In this document: piece after piece, positions 1 through 10,116 of the stretch
How the letters are laid out: each line of letters opens with the position of its first letter
Position numbering within the stretch: position 1 is the first letter of the stretch
From: an uncultured Chloroflexia bacterium
GTDB taxonomy: Bacteria > Chloroflexota > Dehalococcoidia > DSTF01 > JACRBR01
DNA: 64,000 nucleotides
Direction: 5' to 3'
NCBI GenBank assembly: GCA_963701135.1
Contig: OY969567.1
Location: 2,689,366-2,753,365, forward strand
The notes under the pieces: generated by a model
The model's database searches: none
What the model saw: the letters and a program-made list of their open reading frames with translations, nothing else
What the model was told of the DNA's origin: nothing
Made by a program: the position numbers and the translations under genes

Positions 1-1
1 C

Positions 2-133
2 GCCGCCCGCCAGGCGGCGGGGCAGGACGTGCCGCAACTCGTGCGGTTCACGGAACACGGAACGTACGACCTGCGTATCGAGGCGCCGGGGCGGGAAGAT
101 CCGGTGCTGACGGTGACGGTCGAGGTGCGCTGA
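2..133 (+). CDS. 3' end of an unidentified CDS (ends TVTVEVR*), truncated by the window edge
   Basis: The frame is open from the window start with G/C-rich third positions. TGA is at 131-133 and a strong hairpin follows. Confidence 0.4.
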   Translation, partial: AARQAAGQDVPQLVRFTEHGTYDLRIEAPGREDPVLTVTVEVR

Positions 134-150
134 AGGAGCGAGGAATAGAT

Positions 151-196
151 AACGGCGCCGCGACCGGGGGAGCATGGTCGCGGCGCCGTTTACGTT
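151..196 (+). terminator. GC-rich hairpin, probable intrinsic terminator
   Basis: AACGGCGCCGCGACC (151-165) pairs perfectly with GGTCGCGGCGCCGTT (176-190) around a 10-nt loop. It is followed by TACGTT. Confidence 0.6.
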
Positions 197-264
197 GCCC
201 ATCATAGGCCGAGGCTGTTAAGGCGTTTCGGCCAAAATGTTAAACGTTTTGGGACGAGAGAGCC

Positions 265-304
265 GAGAACTTAGAACCTAGAACCTAAACCTGGAACCTG
301 GACC
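265..304. repeat. Heptamer tandem array (GAACCTA / GAACCTG units)
   Basis: gagaacttagaacctagaacctaaacctggaacctggacc has a 7-nt period over about 5.5 units. Confidence 0.85.
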
Positions 305-402
305 GCGCGCCGGCGCACGCAACAAGCCGCACGTGGGCGGCCGACTTACGACTTCTGGCCGCCGGCCCCCACCTCCGACCTCTCACCTCTCAGCGCCCCA
401 CC

Positions 403-981
403 TCAGAACGTCCACCACTCGTACCACTTGCCGAGCGGCAGGACCATGACGACGAGGTCGTGTTTGTGGCCGCGCTGGTCGCTGAAGTAGTCGGGGATGA
501 CGGCGCTGCGCAGGAAGCCCAGGCGCTCGGCGGCGGTGATCGCCTCCTGCTCGCGGTCGGCGACGGCCTCCATGATCACTTTCTCCAATTCGGCGTCGGC
601 GGCGATGTCGCAGAGCTGGCGGATCATGGCGCTGCCGAGGCCGCGGTTGCGCCAGTCCGGGTGCACGACGACGCGCACCTCGCCGTTGTGGGAGCGGGCG
701 CCGGTGCGGGAGCGGACGAGGACGGCATTGCCGACGACGTTTGGGCCGTCCCAGGCGAGCAGCGGCAGCGCGCGGTCGTAGTCCAGGCGTGCGGCCCAGC
801 TCTCGAGCACCCTCGGCGACGTGACGTCGTCCTTCAGGAAGTAGCGGTCGTCCTCCGGCACCTTCAGGAAGAACTCGAGCAGCTTGTCCTTGTCGCCGGG
901 TTCCATGGGCTTGAACACGACGGACGAGTTGCCGCGGAGTTGCACCGTGCGCGGGAACGCCTCGAGCTTGTAGATGGCCAT
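403..981 (-). CDS. GNAT family N-acetyltransferase
   Basis: ORF 403-1047 holds the acetyl-CoA binding motif HPDWRNRGLGSAM. The likely start is ATG 981 (MAIYKLEAF), preceded by AGGAG. Confidence 0.8.
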   Translation of the reverse strand: MAIYKLEAFPRTVQLRGNSSVVFKPMEPGDKDKLLEFFLKVPEDDRYFLKDDVTSPRVLESWAARLDYDRALPLLAWDGPNVVGNAVLVRSRTGARSHNGEVRVVVHPDWRNRGLGSAMIRQLCDIAADAELEKVIMEAVADREQEAITAAERLGFLRSAVIPDYFSDQRGHKHDLVVMVLPLGKWYEWWTF

Positions 982-1082
982 GTCGTCTCCTTTTTCGCTC
1001 TCTGCGATGGTATCGTAGTCGCGCCGCGCGCTAGCGACCACCGCCAATCGGCATCAGCGGGAGGTGCGAACTGACTCGAAAC

Positions 1083-2696
1083 GTGGCCGTGACGGTGGTG
1101 CTGGCGCTGGCGCTGATCGCTTGCAGCGGTAACGGAGGCGCGCACACGGCCACCCCGGCAGCGACCGGCGCGACGTCCGGCAACCCCGGAGCGACAGCTA
1201 CCGATACGGCCCCACCGGACGGCATAGCATCGACGCCCGCGCCGGGATCATCGAGCGCTCCCCCGGCCGCCACCGGAAGCACCGCGCGGTTCACATCGGG
1301 CGTGGCGAGCGGCGACGTCACGGCGACGAGCGCCGTGCTGTGGACGCGCGCGGAAGGCGGCGACAGCCTGGCGGTCGAGATCGCGACCGTGGCGTCGTTC
1401 GCCGGGGCGCGCGTCGAGCGGGCGGCAACGTCGGCCGCGCGCGACTTCACCGTAAAGGTGAAGGCCGGCGGGCTCTCGCCGGAGACGCGCTACTACTATC
1501 GATTCCACGCCGGCGACGCGGTGGGCGCGGCCGGCACGTTCGTCACCGCGCCCGACGCGTCGGCATCGCGGCCGCTGCGCTTCGTGTTCAGCGGCGACTC
1601 CGACGGCTCGCGGAGCCCTTCGGGCGCGCCGCCGTACAACAACTTCGAGGTGCTCGACGCGGCGGCGGCCGAAGACCCGGCGTTCTTCCTGTACTTCGGC
1701 GACACGATCTACGCCGACCGCGCGCCCGTCGCGACGACGCTCGACGGCTATCGCTCGAAGTACCGGGAAAACCGCGGCTATCCGGCGCTGGCGAACATCC
1801 TCGCGCGGACATCGACGTACAACACATGGGACGACCACGAGGTGGTCAACGATTTCGCGGGGACGACCGAGGACCGCGCGTTGCTCGAAGCCGGGCGGCA
1901 GGCGTTCCGCGAGTACCTGCCGATCGACGACAGCGGCGGCGCGGCGGTGATGTACCGGGCGTTTCGCTGGGGCAAGGACGTGGAGCTGATCGCGCTCGAC
2001 GAGCGCGGCTACCGCAGCGCCGAGGTGGACGCCGCGTGCGGCATCGGCAGCGGCCGCGACCCGCTGCCGCTCGCGCCGGGGCCGGGCGTGCCGGAGGCGC
2101 TCCGCGGCGGCCGCGCGCTGCTCGGACTGCCGCCGGAAGCGTCGCCGCAATGCCTCAACGCGCTCAACGACCCGTCGCGGACGATGCTCGGCGCGGCGCA
2201 GAAGCAGTTCCTGTTCGACCGGCTGCGGTCGTCGGACGCGACGTGGAAGGTGATCGTGAACGAGGTGCCGGTCCAGCAGATCGCGGTGGCGCCGTACGAC
2301 CGCTGGGAGGGGTACGCGGCGGAGCGGCGCGAGGTGCTGGCGTTCATCCGCGACAACGGCATCAAGAACGTGGTGTTCCTGACGACGGACCTGCACGGCA
2401 ACGTCTTTGGGCCGGTGCGCATCGACGTGTTCTCCGACCCCGCGCCAATCGCGTACGAAGCGATCGTCGGGCCGATCGCGACGGGGACGCTGCGCCGCGA
2501 CATCGCGGACGTGATCGGCGAGGCGGCGGCGGGCGTCTTCGCGCCGCTGCTGTCGGGCGTGATGAAGGTGGACTGCGCCGAGATCGACAGCTACTCGTAC
2601 GGCCTCGTCGAGGTCAACCCGGCGGGGACGATGACGATCACGGCGAAGGACGCGGCGGGCCGGGCGCTGTGCGCGAAGGTGCTGCGGCGGGAGTGA
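1083..2696 (+). CDS. PhoD-like alkaline phosphatase/phosphodiesterase, lipoprotein
   Basis: This is an intact 537-aa ORF with a GTG start and lipobox LALIACSG. The N-domain (FTSGVASGDVTATSAVLWTRA) and metallophosphatase core (FSGDSDG, WDDHEV) are PhoD-like. Confidence 0.85.
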   Translation: MAVTVVLALALIACSGNGGAHTATPAATGATSGNPGATATDTAPPDGIASTPAPGSSSAPPAATGSTARFTSGVASGDVTATSAVLWTRAEGGDSLAVEIATVASFAGARVERAATSAARDFTVKVKAGGLSPETRYYYRFHAGDAVGAAGTFVTAPDASASRPLRFVFSGDSDGSRSPSGAPPYNNFEVLDAAAAEDPAFFLYFGDTIYADRAPVATTLDGYRSKYRENRGYPALANILARTSTYNTWDDHEVVNDFAGTTEDRALLEAGRQAFREYLPIDDSGGAAVMYRAFRWGKDVELIALDERGYRSAEVDAACGIGSGRDPLPLAPGPGVPEALRGGRALLGLPPEASPQCLNALNDPSRTMLGAAQKQFLFDRLRSSDATWKVIVNEVPVQQIAVAPYDRWEGYAAERREVLAFIRDNGIKNVVFLTTDLHGNVFGPVRIDVFSDPAPIAYEAIVGPIATGTLRRDIADVIGEAAAGVFAPLLSGVMKVDCAEIDSYSYGLVEVNPAGTMTITAKDAAGRALCAKVLRRE

Positions 2697-2814
2697 CAGC
2701 AAACAGCAAACAGCAAAGGGCGACGGAGAACAGACAACAGACAACAGACAACAGACGACAGACGACAGAGAGCAGAGAGCAGAGAGCAGAGAGCAGAGAG
2801 CAGAGAGCAGAGAC
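2697..2814. repeat. Composite heptamer array (CAGCAAA, then ACAGACA/ACAGACG, then GAGAGCA)
   Basis: It starts on the base after the PhoD stop codon. Three successive unit families all have period 7. Confidence 0.9.
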
Positions 2815-2854
2815 ATCGTAGGGCACGGTGCGCCGCGCCGGCGGTGTCACGGTA

Positions 2855-2875
2855 GGGGCGCAGCCTGCTGCGCCC
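2855..2875. repeat. GGGGCGCAGC-N-GCTGCGCCC hairpin motif
   Basis: ggggcgcagcctgctgcgccc. The same palindromic motif recurs in each unit of the 46.5-kb tandem repeat. Confidence 0.6.
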
Positions 2876-2913
2876 GCGCGCACGACGCACGAACACGACA
2901 GAGGAGGATTCGC

Positions 2914-3399
2914 ATGGGGGCCGAGGCACGGATCGCGGAGCTGGGTGTGACGCTGCCGGAGGTGGCGAAGCCGCGGTGGGCGTATGTGCCGGCGGTGCGC
3001 ACGGGCAACCTGCTGTTCGTGTCGGGGCAGATCGGAACCGAGAACGGCCGCGTCATTCACCCGGGCAAGCTCGGGCGCGAGGTCAACGTCGAGCGCGGGC
3101 AAGAGGCGGCGCGGGCGTGCGCGATCTCGGCGCTGGCGATCGTGCGGAAGGAGCTGGGGTCGCTCGACAACGTGGCGCGCGTCGTGAAGCTGACGGTGTA
3201 CGTGGCATCGGCCGAGGGGTTTACGGACCAACCGACGGTCGCGAACGGCGCGTCGGATTTCCTGCGCGACGTGTTCGGCGAGGCGGGCCTCGGCGCGCGG
3301 GCGGCCGTCGGCGTGGCGGAGCTGCCGCTCGGCGCGAGCGTGGAGGCGGAGTTCGTGTTTGAGGCGGCGGCGGCTGGCGCCGAGAACAGAGAGCAGTGA
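2914..3399 (+). CDS. RidA/YjgF family protein
   Basis: This is an intact 161-aa ORF with GAGGAGG upstream of the ATG. It shows YjgF-type sequence (LLFVSGQIG and a C-terminal ELPLGASVEAEFVFE). The last codons (ENREQ*) are repeat-like. Confidence 0.8.
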   Translation: MGAEARIAELGVTLPEVAKPRWAYVPAVRTGNLLFVSGQIGTENGRVIHPGKLGREVNVERGQEAARACAISALAIVRKELGSLDNVARVVKLTVYVASAEGFTDQPTVANGASDFLRDVFGEAGLGARAAVGVAELPLGASVEAEFVFEAAAAGAENREQ

Positions 3400-3425
3400 G
3401 CAAAGAGCAGAGGGGCGAGCTACGG

Positions 3426-3655
3426 CAAACAGCAAACAGCAAACAGCAAAAGCGTCCGCGGACAACGATGGAACACAACAGACAACAGACAACAGACAAC
3501 AGACAACAGACAACAGACAACAGAGGTCAGTACAGCAAACAGCAAGCGGCAAACAGCAAAGGGTGCGGGCCGAAGCTGATAGCTGACAGCTGATAGCTGA
3601 TAGCTGATAGCTGATAGCTGACAGCTGACAGCTGATAGCTGATAGCTGACAGCTG
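3426..3655. repeat. Largest composite heptamer array (CAAACAG; ACAGACA; CAGCAAA; GCTGATA/GCTGACA)
   Basis: Four consecutive blocks with a 7-nt period fill the gap between convergent genes. The array ends on the base before the stop codon of the minus-strand gene at 3656. Confidence 0.9.
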
Positions 3656-5578
3656 TTACACCAACGGCGGGTTGTCGATGAGGGCGAGGTCTTCTTCGGT
3701 CAGCAAGTCGCGGAGGATGGCGGGGAACTTCGGGGGGTAGAGGTCGTAGAGGTACGCGTACATCTCTTCGATCATGCCCGCCGTGTCTTCGATGCACATC
3801 CACGCGCGCTGGATCTCGTTGATCGCGAGATACGCTTCCTTGCAATGCTCCTGCAACAGCGCGAGGATGCGGCCGATGGCGCGCGCATCGATGGTGCAGC
3901 TCGTGATGAACTTCGTGTTCTCGGCCTGGAGCTGACGCGCGAGGGCCGAGGCGCGGCGGCGGCGCTGCTCGGCGTTCCGGAGGCGCTGTTCCGCCTCCGC
4001 GCGCTTCTCCTCGCTCCCGGCGCGCGCGCCAAGATGCTCGATCCCCTGACGCAGGTACGCGACGCGCGTGTCGACGAAGATCTCGAGCACGCGGTCGAGG
4101 CCGCGGAGCGCGCGCTCCGGCAGCGGCCGGAATTCGCGTGACGCACGCCCGGCGCGCTCCGGCTGCTTCAGCTCGTCGCGCAGGATCTCGCAGATGGCGA
4201 GGCCGTGCATGTACGGCCACTTGTGGCGCGCCTCGTCCGGCTGCCAGCCGAAGTTGCAGGCGCGCTGCATGACACGCATGTGCATCGCGAGCTTTGCGTC
4301 GTCGTCGAGGCCGGTGAAGTCGTAACCGCGCTCATCGACCTGCGCGCCGGTGAGCGGGATCTCGAGCGGATGGCCGAAGCTCGCGAGCAGCGGCTTGAAC
4401 GCATCGGCGATGAAGCGGCCTGGCTCCCAGAAGATGAACGGCCAGCGGCGGAACACCTCGATGTCGTTGTCGATGCCGCGGAACGGGCCGGCGTGCAGCG
4501 GCGGGTAGTGGCCGTCGCTGCGGAGCACCAGGCGGATCTCCGGCGCCCATGAGACCTGGTGGAAGCGCATGTGCGGCAGCGGCGCGGCGCGCGCGCGCAG
4601 GTCGTCGATGTACTCGTCGGGCGTGACGAAGCGCACGTCCGCGATGCCCTCGTTGCGGACGGCGGTCCACGCATCGCCGAGGATGTCGAGCGCCTGTTCG
4701 CCGAAGTCCATCAGCTCCAGGTCCTGGATGTAGAGCAGCAGGCCGCCGCCGGGTGCGGCTTCGAGCGCGCGCGCGCAGCACCTGCGTGTACTCCGCGACG
4801 CCCTGCTCGCGCGTGATCGGGAAGGCGACCGGCCGGCCGTTGCGGTACTCCTCGTCGAGCACGTGGTATTTGCCGAGGATGTAGCCCTGCGGCGCGAGCG
4901 CGCTCCGGCTCGGCATTTCGTGATCGGCCGCCAGATCTCCTGCGAGATCGGGAAGTGGCGCGGCAGCGCAAGCAGGCCGTCATCGATCGTGAATGCGCCG
5001 TACGCGGGGTCGGCGCCTTCGGCGAGGCCGTCGAACTCGTAGCGCGCCTTCGCGGGGCTGAGGTTCGGGAAGATGACGTACTCCATGCCCGCGCGCTTGA
5101 AGCCGCCGAGCTTGTGCGCGTCGATCGAGCCCTCCATCGGGAACGCGCCGCGGTGGCGGGGCTCGGGCGCGCGCATCACGTCGCGCAGGAACTCGCGGTT
5201 GAGGCGCAGCTCGTCGGCGAGCTCATCGTCCGTGAGCATGGCGATGTGGGTGTGGAACGCGTTGCCGTAGACGGGGTAGAGGGCGCCGGAGCGGTACGCC
5301 GCGCCCAGGCGGTCGAAGGTGCGCGGCATGTAGCGGCGCACCTGCATCAGGATCTCGTTCGTCGCCTCCAGGCAGACGGGTGCGCCGAGCGCCTCGCCGA
5401 AGTCGATGAGGTTGGCGTAGATGTCGCGGCCGGCCTCGGCGCGCTTCTTCACCCAGTTATCGTTGCCGACGGCTTCGCGCCGCACCTCGTCATCGCGCAG
5501 CGTGTCGAGCACGCGCTCGGGCAGGTCCCAGAGCGGCTCCTGTGCGTGGAAGGCGAGGATGACGTGTACCGAGTTCAC
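3656..5578 (-). pseudogene. GH57-like glycoside hydrolase with a long C-terminal domain; two compensating frameshifts
   Basis: ORF 3656-5653 reads well except for about 4760-4925, where the plausible sequence (PSRSALAPQGYILGKYHVLDEEYRNGRPVAFPITREQG) sits in the frame of ORF 4332-4916. The start is uncertain (GTG 5578 or ATG 5653) because the 5' end runs into a heptamer array. Confidence 0.65.
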
Positions 5579-5693
5579 AGTTGACAGTTGACAGTTCACA
5601 GTCGACGGTTCGGGCGACGATGGCCGCGAGAGCGGCGCCCAGCTTCGGAGCAACCCGCCCTACAACCTACAACCTACCACCTACAACCTACGG
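5573..5693. repeat. Two heptamer arrays (TGACAGT-type 5573-5604; CTACAAC-type 5658-5693)
   Basis: The first is gttcacagttgacagttgacagttcacagtcgac. The second is ccctacaacctacaacctaccacctacaacctacgg and ends one base before the stop codon at 5694-5696. Confidence 0.85.
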
Positions 5694-7005
5694 TCAGTCC
5701 CAGAAGAGCTGGTCGTGGATCTTTGAGCGGATGTCGCGCGACGCGACGACCTTGTAGTAGGCGTCGCGCTTCACCTCTTCCGACGGCGGAGCTGAGGTTG
5801 ATGGCGCGGAATGCGTTGAGCACGACGCCGCCCTGCTGGTCGAGCCCGCGCGCGATCATGTTGACGTCCCAGTGCGGGCGCCGGCTGGCCCACCAGAACT
5901 GGCACGAGTGCAGCGCCGGGTCCATCAGCCCGCGCGCGATCTCCGCGTGGCGCTTGCTCACGGCGTTGTCGGCGACAGCGAGCGCGGTCTCGACGAGCTG
6001 GCCGATGAGGTCGACGTGCTCCCACTGCAGCTTGTGGATGTAGTTGCCGGGCGCCTGCCAGAGCGGATACGGCACGCCCGCGTCCAGGTCGTCGTGCGTC
6101 GTGCTCCACGACGACGGGCGCGGGTCGATCGACTTCGCCGCGCGGGAAGCGGTCCACGAGCTCGCTGATCGTCGATGAGATGACCAGGTCCTTCGTGTCC
6201 TCCTGCTCCATCATGGTGAGCAGCGAGCGCGTGCTGGCGGCGAGCGGCCGCGCCTGCACGACGGTCTCGTACGCCGGCGCGACGGCCTCGTACGCCTCGG
6301 CCAGGAAGAGCTGGTCCCAGTTCTCGATGTGGTGGCCGAACGTCTCGGCGTCCATGGCGGTGACGATGTACATGTCGCGGTCGTTGCCGTGGGCGGTGCG
6401 CAGATGCTCGACGAACGCCTTGCCGTCCATGTCCTGGAACGAGATCTTGTTGCTCAGCACGTCGTCGCGGAAGACGACGGCCACGCTGTGGCCGTCGTGC
6501 GACTTCGCGTCGTAGACCTGCGTCGTGGGCCAGGGCGCGGGGCAGCCGACGCCGCTCATGATCACCCAGTCGTGGCCGAAGTCGAGCATGGGGTCGAGGA
6601 ACGACGCGGTCGTAGCACATCTCCGGCGGGAAGAAGCCGCGGGGCTGGTAGAGCGTCGCCGAAGAAGTGCTTGTTCGTCAGGTGGTTGCGGCGGATCTGG
6701 CGGCGCTGCTCGTTCTCGTTGATCAGCGGCAGGATCGCGTGGTACTTGGCCGAGCCGACGAACTCGAGCTGTCCGCGCGCTGCCAGCTCCTTGCAGCCCG
6801 TCGATCACGTCGCTGGTAGCCGCTCTCGTACAGCATCTCCGTCAGCACGCCGTTGATGTTGACGCTGACCTTGCGCGTGCGGATGCTGCTTGAAGACTTC
6901 GATCAGCGGCCGGTACGACTCATCGACGACCTTCCGCAGCACCTCCGGGATCTGGATCGGCGGCTGGTAGAAGTGCAGCAGCGATGCCCAGTAGATCGTC
7001 GACAT
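5694..7005 (-). pseudogene. GH57 family glycoside hydrolase, multiply frameshifted
   Basis: It starts MSTIYWASLLHFYQPPIQ (ATG 7005). The core (MYIVTAMDAETFGHH) lies in ORF 5771-6808. Later parts lie in ORF 5674-6075 and an unlisted frame that ends KIHDQLFWD* at 5694. At least 4 frame changes are needed. Confidence 0.65.
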
Positions 7006-7075
7006 GCGTTCCCTCAGATCGCCGGACGGCGCGCTTCCGCGCGCCGGCTTGCCTCGCGGCACGTATGCCGTTTGC

Positions 7076-8772
7076 TCACGATAACGCGCGCTCCGGAGCC
7101 GAGGCTATGCCCTCGCGCTCGGCGAAATCCGCGAAGTCTATGTCAGCGAACAGCTTGTCCCGTTCGATGATGTCCGCGAGGAACGCCGTCGTCGACCTTG
7201 CCCGCCTCGATCTGGCCGGCGAGGCGGTTGAAGCGCTCGACGTGCTCGGCGAAGCGCAGCTCGGCGTACTGCGCGCGCCTGGCCGGTCGTGACCAGGAAC
7301 GGCCAGTCGCTGGATTCGAGCAGCAGGAGCTCGCGCGCGAGCTGCGCCAGCGCCGCGGCCATGGCGCCGTCGCGCCGCGTGGCGCGCGACGATCTCCTCC
7401 ATGCGGCGCTGGGCGTCGTTGATGACCGGCCACATCCACGCGGTGTCGGCGTTGTGCCAGGTGAAGTGCGTGCCCTGCTGGCCCCACGAGCCCTCGGGCA
7501 GCGCGACGACGTCCTCCGGCGGGTGCTCGCGCACGAACTGCGCGGCGCCCGTCAGGTCGACGACGTCGCTCTTCGCGAGGTGGCGCAGGACTTCCTGGAG
7601 CCACGTGACGCCCTCGAACCACCAGTGGCCGAACAGCTCGGTGTCGTACGCGGCGCTGACGATGCCGTAGCGTCCGCTCGACGCCGCGGTACTCGCGCTG
7701 ATCTGGTCCTCGACGAGCGAGGCGAAGTGGCGCGCGTGCTCGTGCACGCGTGTCGAACGCGACGCCGGGGTCGTAGAGCTCCTTGTCGCCGAGGTCGACG
7801 CCGGCGCCGGTGACGCGCCAGTAGTGCAGGCCGGACTCGCCGTCCTTCTTGTGGAACTCGCGGTAGGCGAAGTCGCCGGGGTAGCCGTGGTCGGCGGACC
7901 AGACCTGCAGCCCGGTGGTGACGTTGCGGCCGAGCGCGGCCACCCGCGGCTGCGCCACCCAGTACGGCTGGAACGTCGTCTTGTGCGTGGGCTCGCTGTG
8001 TGCCGTCAGCGGGCACGGTGTAGCGCTTCGGGATCTCGCCGTACGGGCCGATGGCGTCGCCGGCCGCCTTGCCGACGGGCTGGCCGCCGAGGATCGCGTG
8101 CGTCTCGACGAAGAACACCAGCAGCCCCTGCGCCGCGAGGAACTCCTCGAGCCCGGGCTTCCGCTGTGCCGTCGCCGGCGATGTACGCCGGCCGGTACGC
8201 GCACTCCGGCAGCCAGAACGACTCCGGCTTGCGGCCGAAGTGGCGCTCGTACGCGCGGACGCCGGTGCGCACCTGGCCGTAGATCGACGAGTCGCGCTCG
8301 AACAGCGGCAGGTAGCCGTGGGTCGCGGCGCTCGTCGCGATCTCGACGTAGCCCTTGTCCTGCAGCCAGCGGAAGGCGCCGATGATGTCGCGGCCGAAGC
8401 GGTGGCGGAACTGGTCGAGCAGCCACGCGAAGCGGTCGCGGTAGAACGCCGCGACGGCCGCGCGCGCCGGTCGCCGCCGCGCTCGAAGCGCGCGACGTCG
8501 CTCGACGCGCGCTCGTGCAGGTCTTCGAGATACGCCTCGAGGTTGGCGAGCACGTCGGCGTCGGCGAGCTGTTCGGCCAGCACTGGCGTGATGCTGAGCG
8601 TGAGCCGATAGCGCACGCCCTCGGCCGCGAGGTCGTGCAGCGCCGAGAGGAGCGGCAGGTACGTCTCGGTCGCTGCTTCGTGGATCCACTCCTCGCCGTG
8701 GGGCCAGCGGCCGGCCATGCGGGCGTAGGGCAGGTGGGAGTGCAGCACGAACGTGAATGCGCCCTGCTTCAT
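7076..8772 (-). pseudogene. GH57-type 1,4-alpha-glucan branching enzyme, multiply frameshifted
   Basis: The N-terminus MKQGAFTFVLHSHLPYARMAGRWPHGEEW is the GH57 branching-enzyme signature. Homologous stretches continue through ORFs 8006-8689, 7552-8772, 7143-8426, 7076-7747 and 7138-7362 in different frames. Confidence 0.7.
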
Positions 8773-8807
8773 GCGCTCTCCGTGCTGAAGTTGTTCATGC
8801 GCTCAGT

Positions 8808-10102
8808 TTACACCGTGTACGGGAAGTGCTTCTCCGTCGCGCGGATGGTGGTGCCGCTGGGGATGTAGCCGTCCTCCGTCTCCGCCTCCGCTGTGACGTT
8901 CGGGCCCGATGACGCAGTTCCGGCCGATGCGGACGTACGGCGGCAGCTTCGCGCGCTTGCCGATGATCGTGATGCCGCAGTTGACGATGTCCGGGCGCTC
9001 GTGGTTCGGCGACCAGTCGTCGCCGTAGCCGACGTACGCGTTCTTGCCGACGAGCACATCCTTGTCGATGATGGACCGCTCGACGATGGCGCCGGATTCG
9101 ATGCGGCAGTCGTCGAAGATGATGGAGTCGCGGACGACGGCGCCCTCTTCGACGTACACGCCCGGCGAGAGCACCGAGTGCTCGACGTGGCCGTTGATGA
9201 TGCAGCCGAGGTCGAGCAGCGAGCGCGACAGGTACGCGCGACGGCCGACCTTGGCCGGCGGGAAGCCGGTCACGCGCGAGCGGATACGCGTGTCGGGGTC
9301 GTACATGTTGAGCGCGGGCAGGTCTTCGAGCAGGTCCATGTTGCCTTCGTAGTAGGACTCGATCGTGCCGACGTCGCGCCAGTAGCCGTTGAACGCGTAG
9401 CCGAAGGCGCGCGCCTCGGGGTCCTCGACCATGGCCGGGATGATGTCGCGGCCGAAGTCGTGCGTTGAGTCGCGCCGCGAGTCGGCGACGAGCTGCTCGA
9501 TGAGCGTCTGGCGGTTGAACACGTAGATGCCCATGGAGATCAGGTTGGCCTTCGGGTGGTCCGGCTTCTCGTCGAACTCGACGATGCGGTCGTCGTCGTC
9601 GGTGGTGAGGACGCCGTAGCGGTGCGCCTCTTCCATCGGCACCTGGTAGAGCGGGCACGGTGACGTCGGCGCCCTTCGCCAGGTGGTAGGAGATGAGCTC
9701 GTCGTAGTTCATCTTGTACACGTGGTCGCCGGCGAGGATGAGCACGAGGTCGGCGCGCGTCTCCTCGAGGAAGTAGAGGTTCTGGAAGACGGCGTCGGCG
9801 GTGCCGCGGTACCAGTCGGAGCTTTCGCGGCCGAGGTACGGCTGGAGCAGCGTGACGCCGCCGCCCTGCCGGTCGAGGTCCCACGGCCGGCCGATGCCGA
9901 TGTGATCGTTGAGCGAGCGGGGCCGGTACTGCGTAAGCACGCCGACGCGCGTGATGCCGGAGTTGACGACGTTGCTGAGCGCGAAGTCGATGATGCGGTA
10001 GCGGCCGCCGAAGATGACCGCCGGCTTGGCGCGCTCCTCGCTCAGGACGCTCAGCCGGTCGCCCTGGCCTCCTGCCAGGATCAGTGCCACGACTCGCTTC
10101 AT
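8808..10102 (-). pseudogene. glgC: Glucose-1-phosphate adenylyltransferase with at least 2 frameshifts
   Basis: [29 protein letters not shown] starts at ATG 10102. The middle part lies in ORF 8803-9642 ([21 protein letters not shown]). The C-terminus lies in ORF 8808-9059. One shift sits at a CCC run near 9650. Confidence 0.8.
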
Positions 10103-10116
10103 AGGCAACCCTTGAT

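Noticed and set aside
1248-2816. Very long ORFs antisense to, or out of frame with, recognised genes. Examples are 1248-2816(-), 1340-2821(+), 12978-14246(-), 25025-26683(-), 30942-32948(-), 31313-32869 (the part of the + ORF upstream of 32870), 32831-35281(-), 56331-58301(+) and 57394-59364(+).
   Set aside because: Their products are Arg/Pro/Ala/Gly-rich low-complexity strings with no motifs. They overlap genes with clear homology and proper third-position G+C bias. Long shadow ORFs are expected at about 70% G+C because stop codons are rare.
3426-3655. A possible CRISPR array, considered for the heptamer arrays and for the 138-bp repeat at 46511-46950.
   Set aside because: The heptamer units are contiguous with no spacers. 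The 138-bp units are far longer than CRISPR repeats and are near-identical throughout, with no unique spacers. No cas genes are present in the window.
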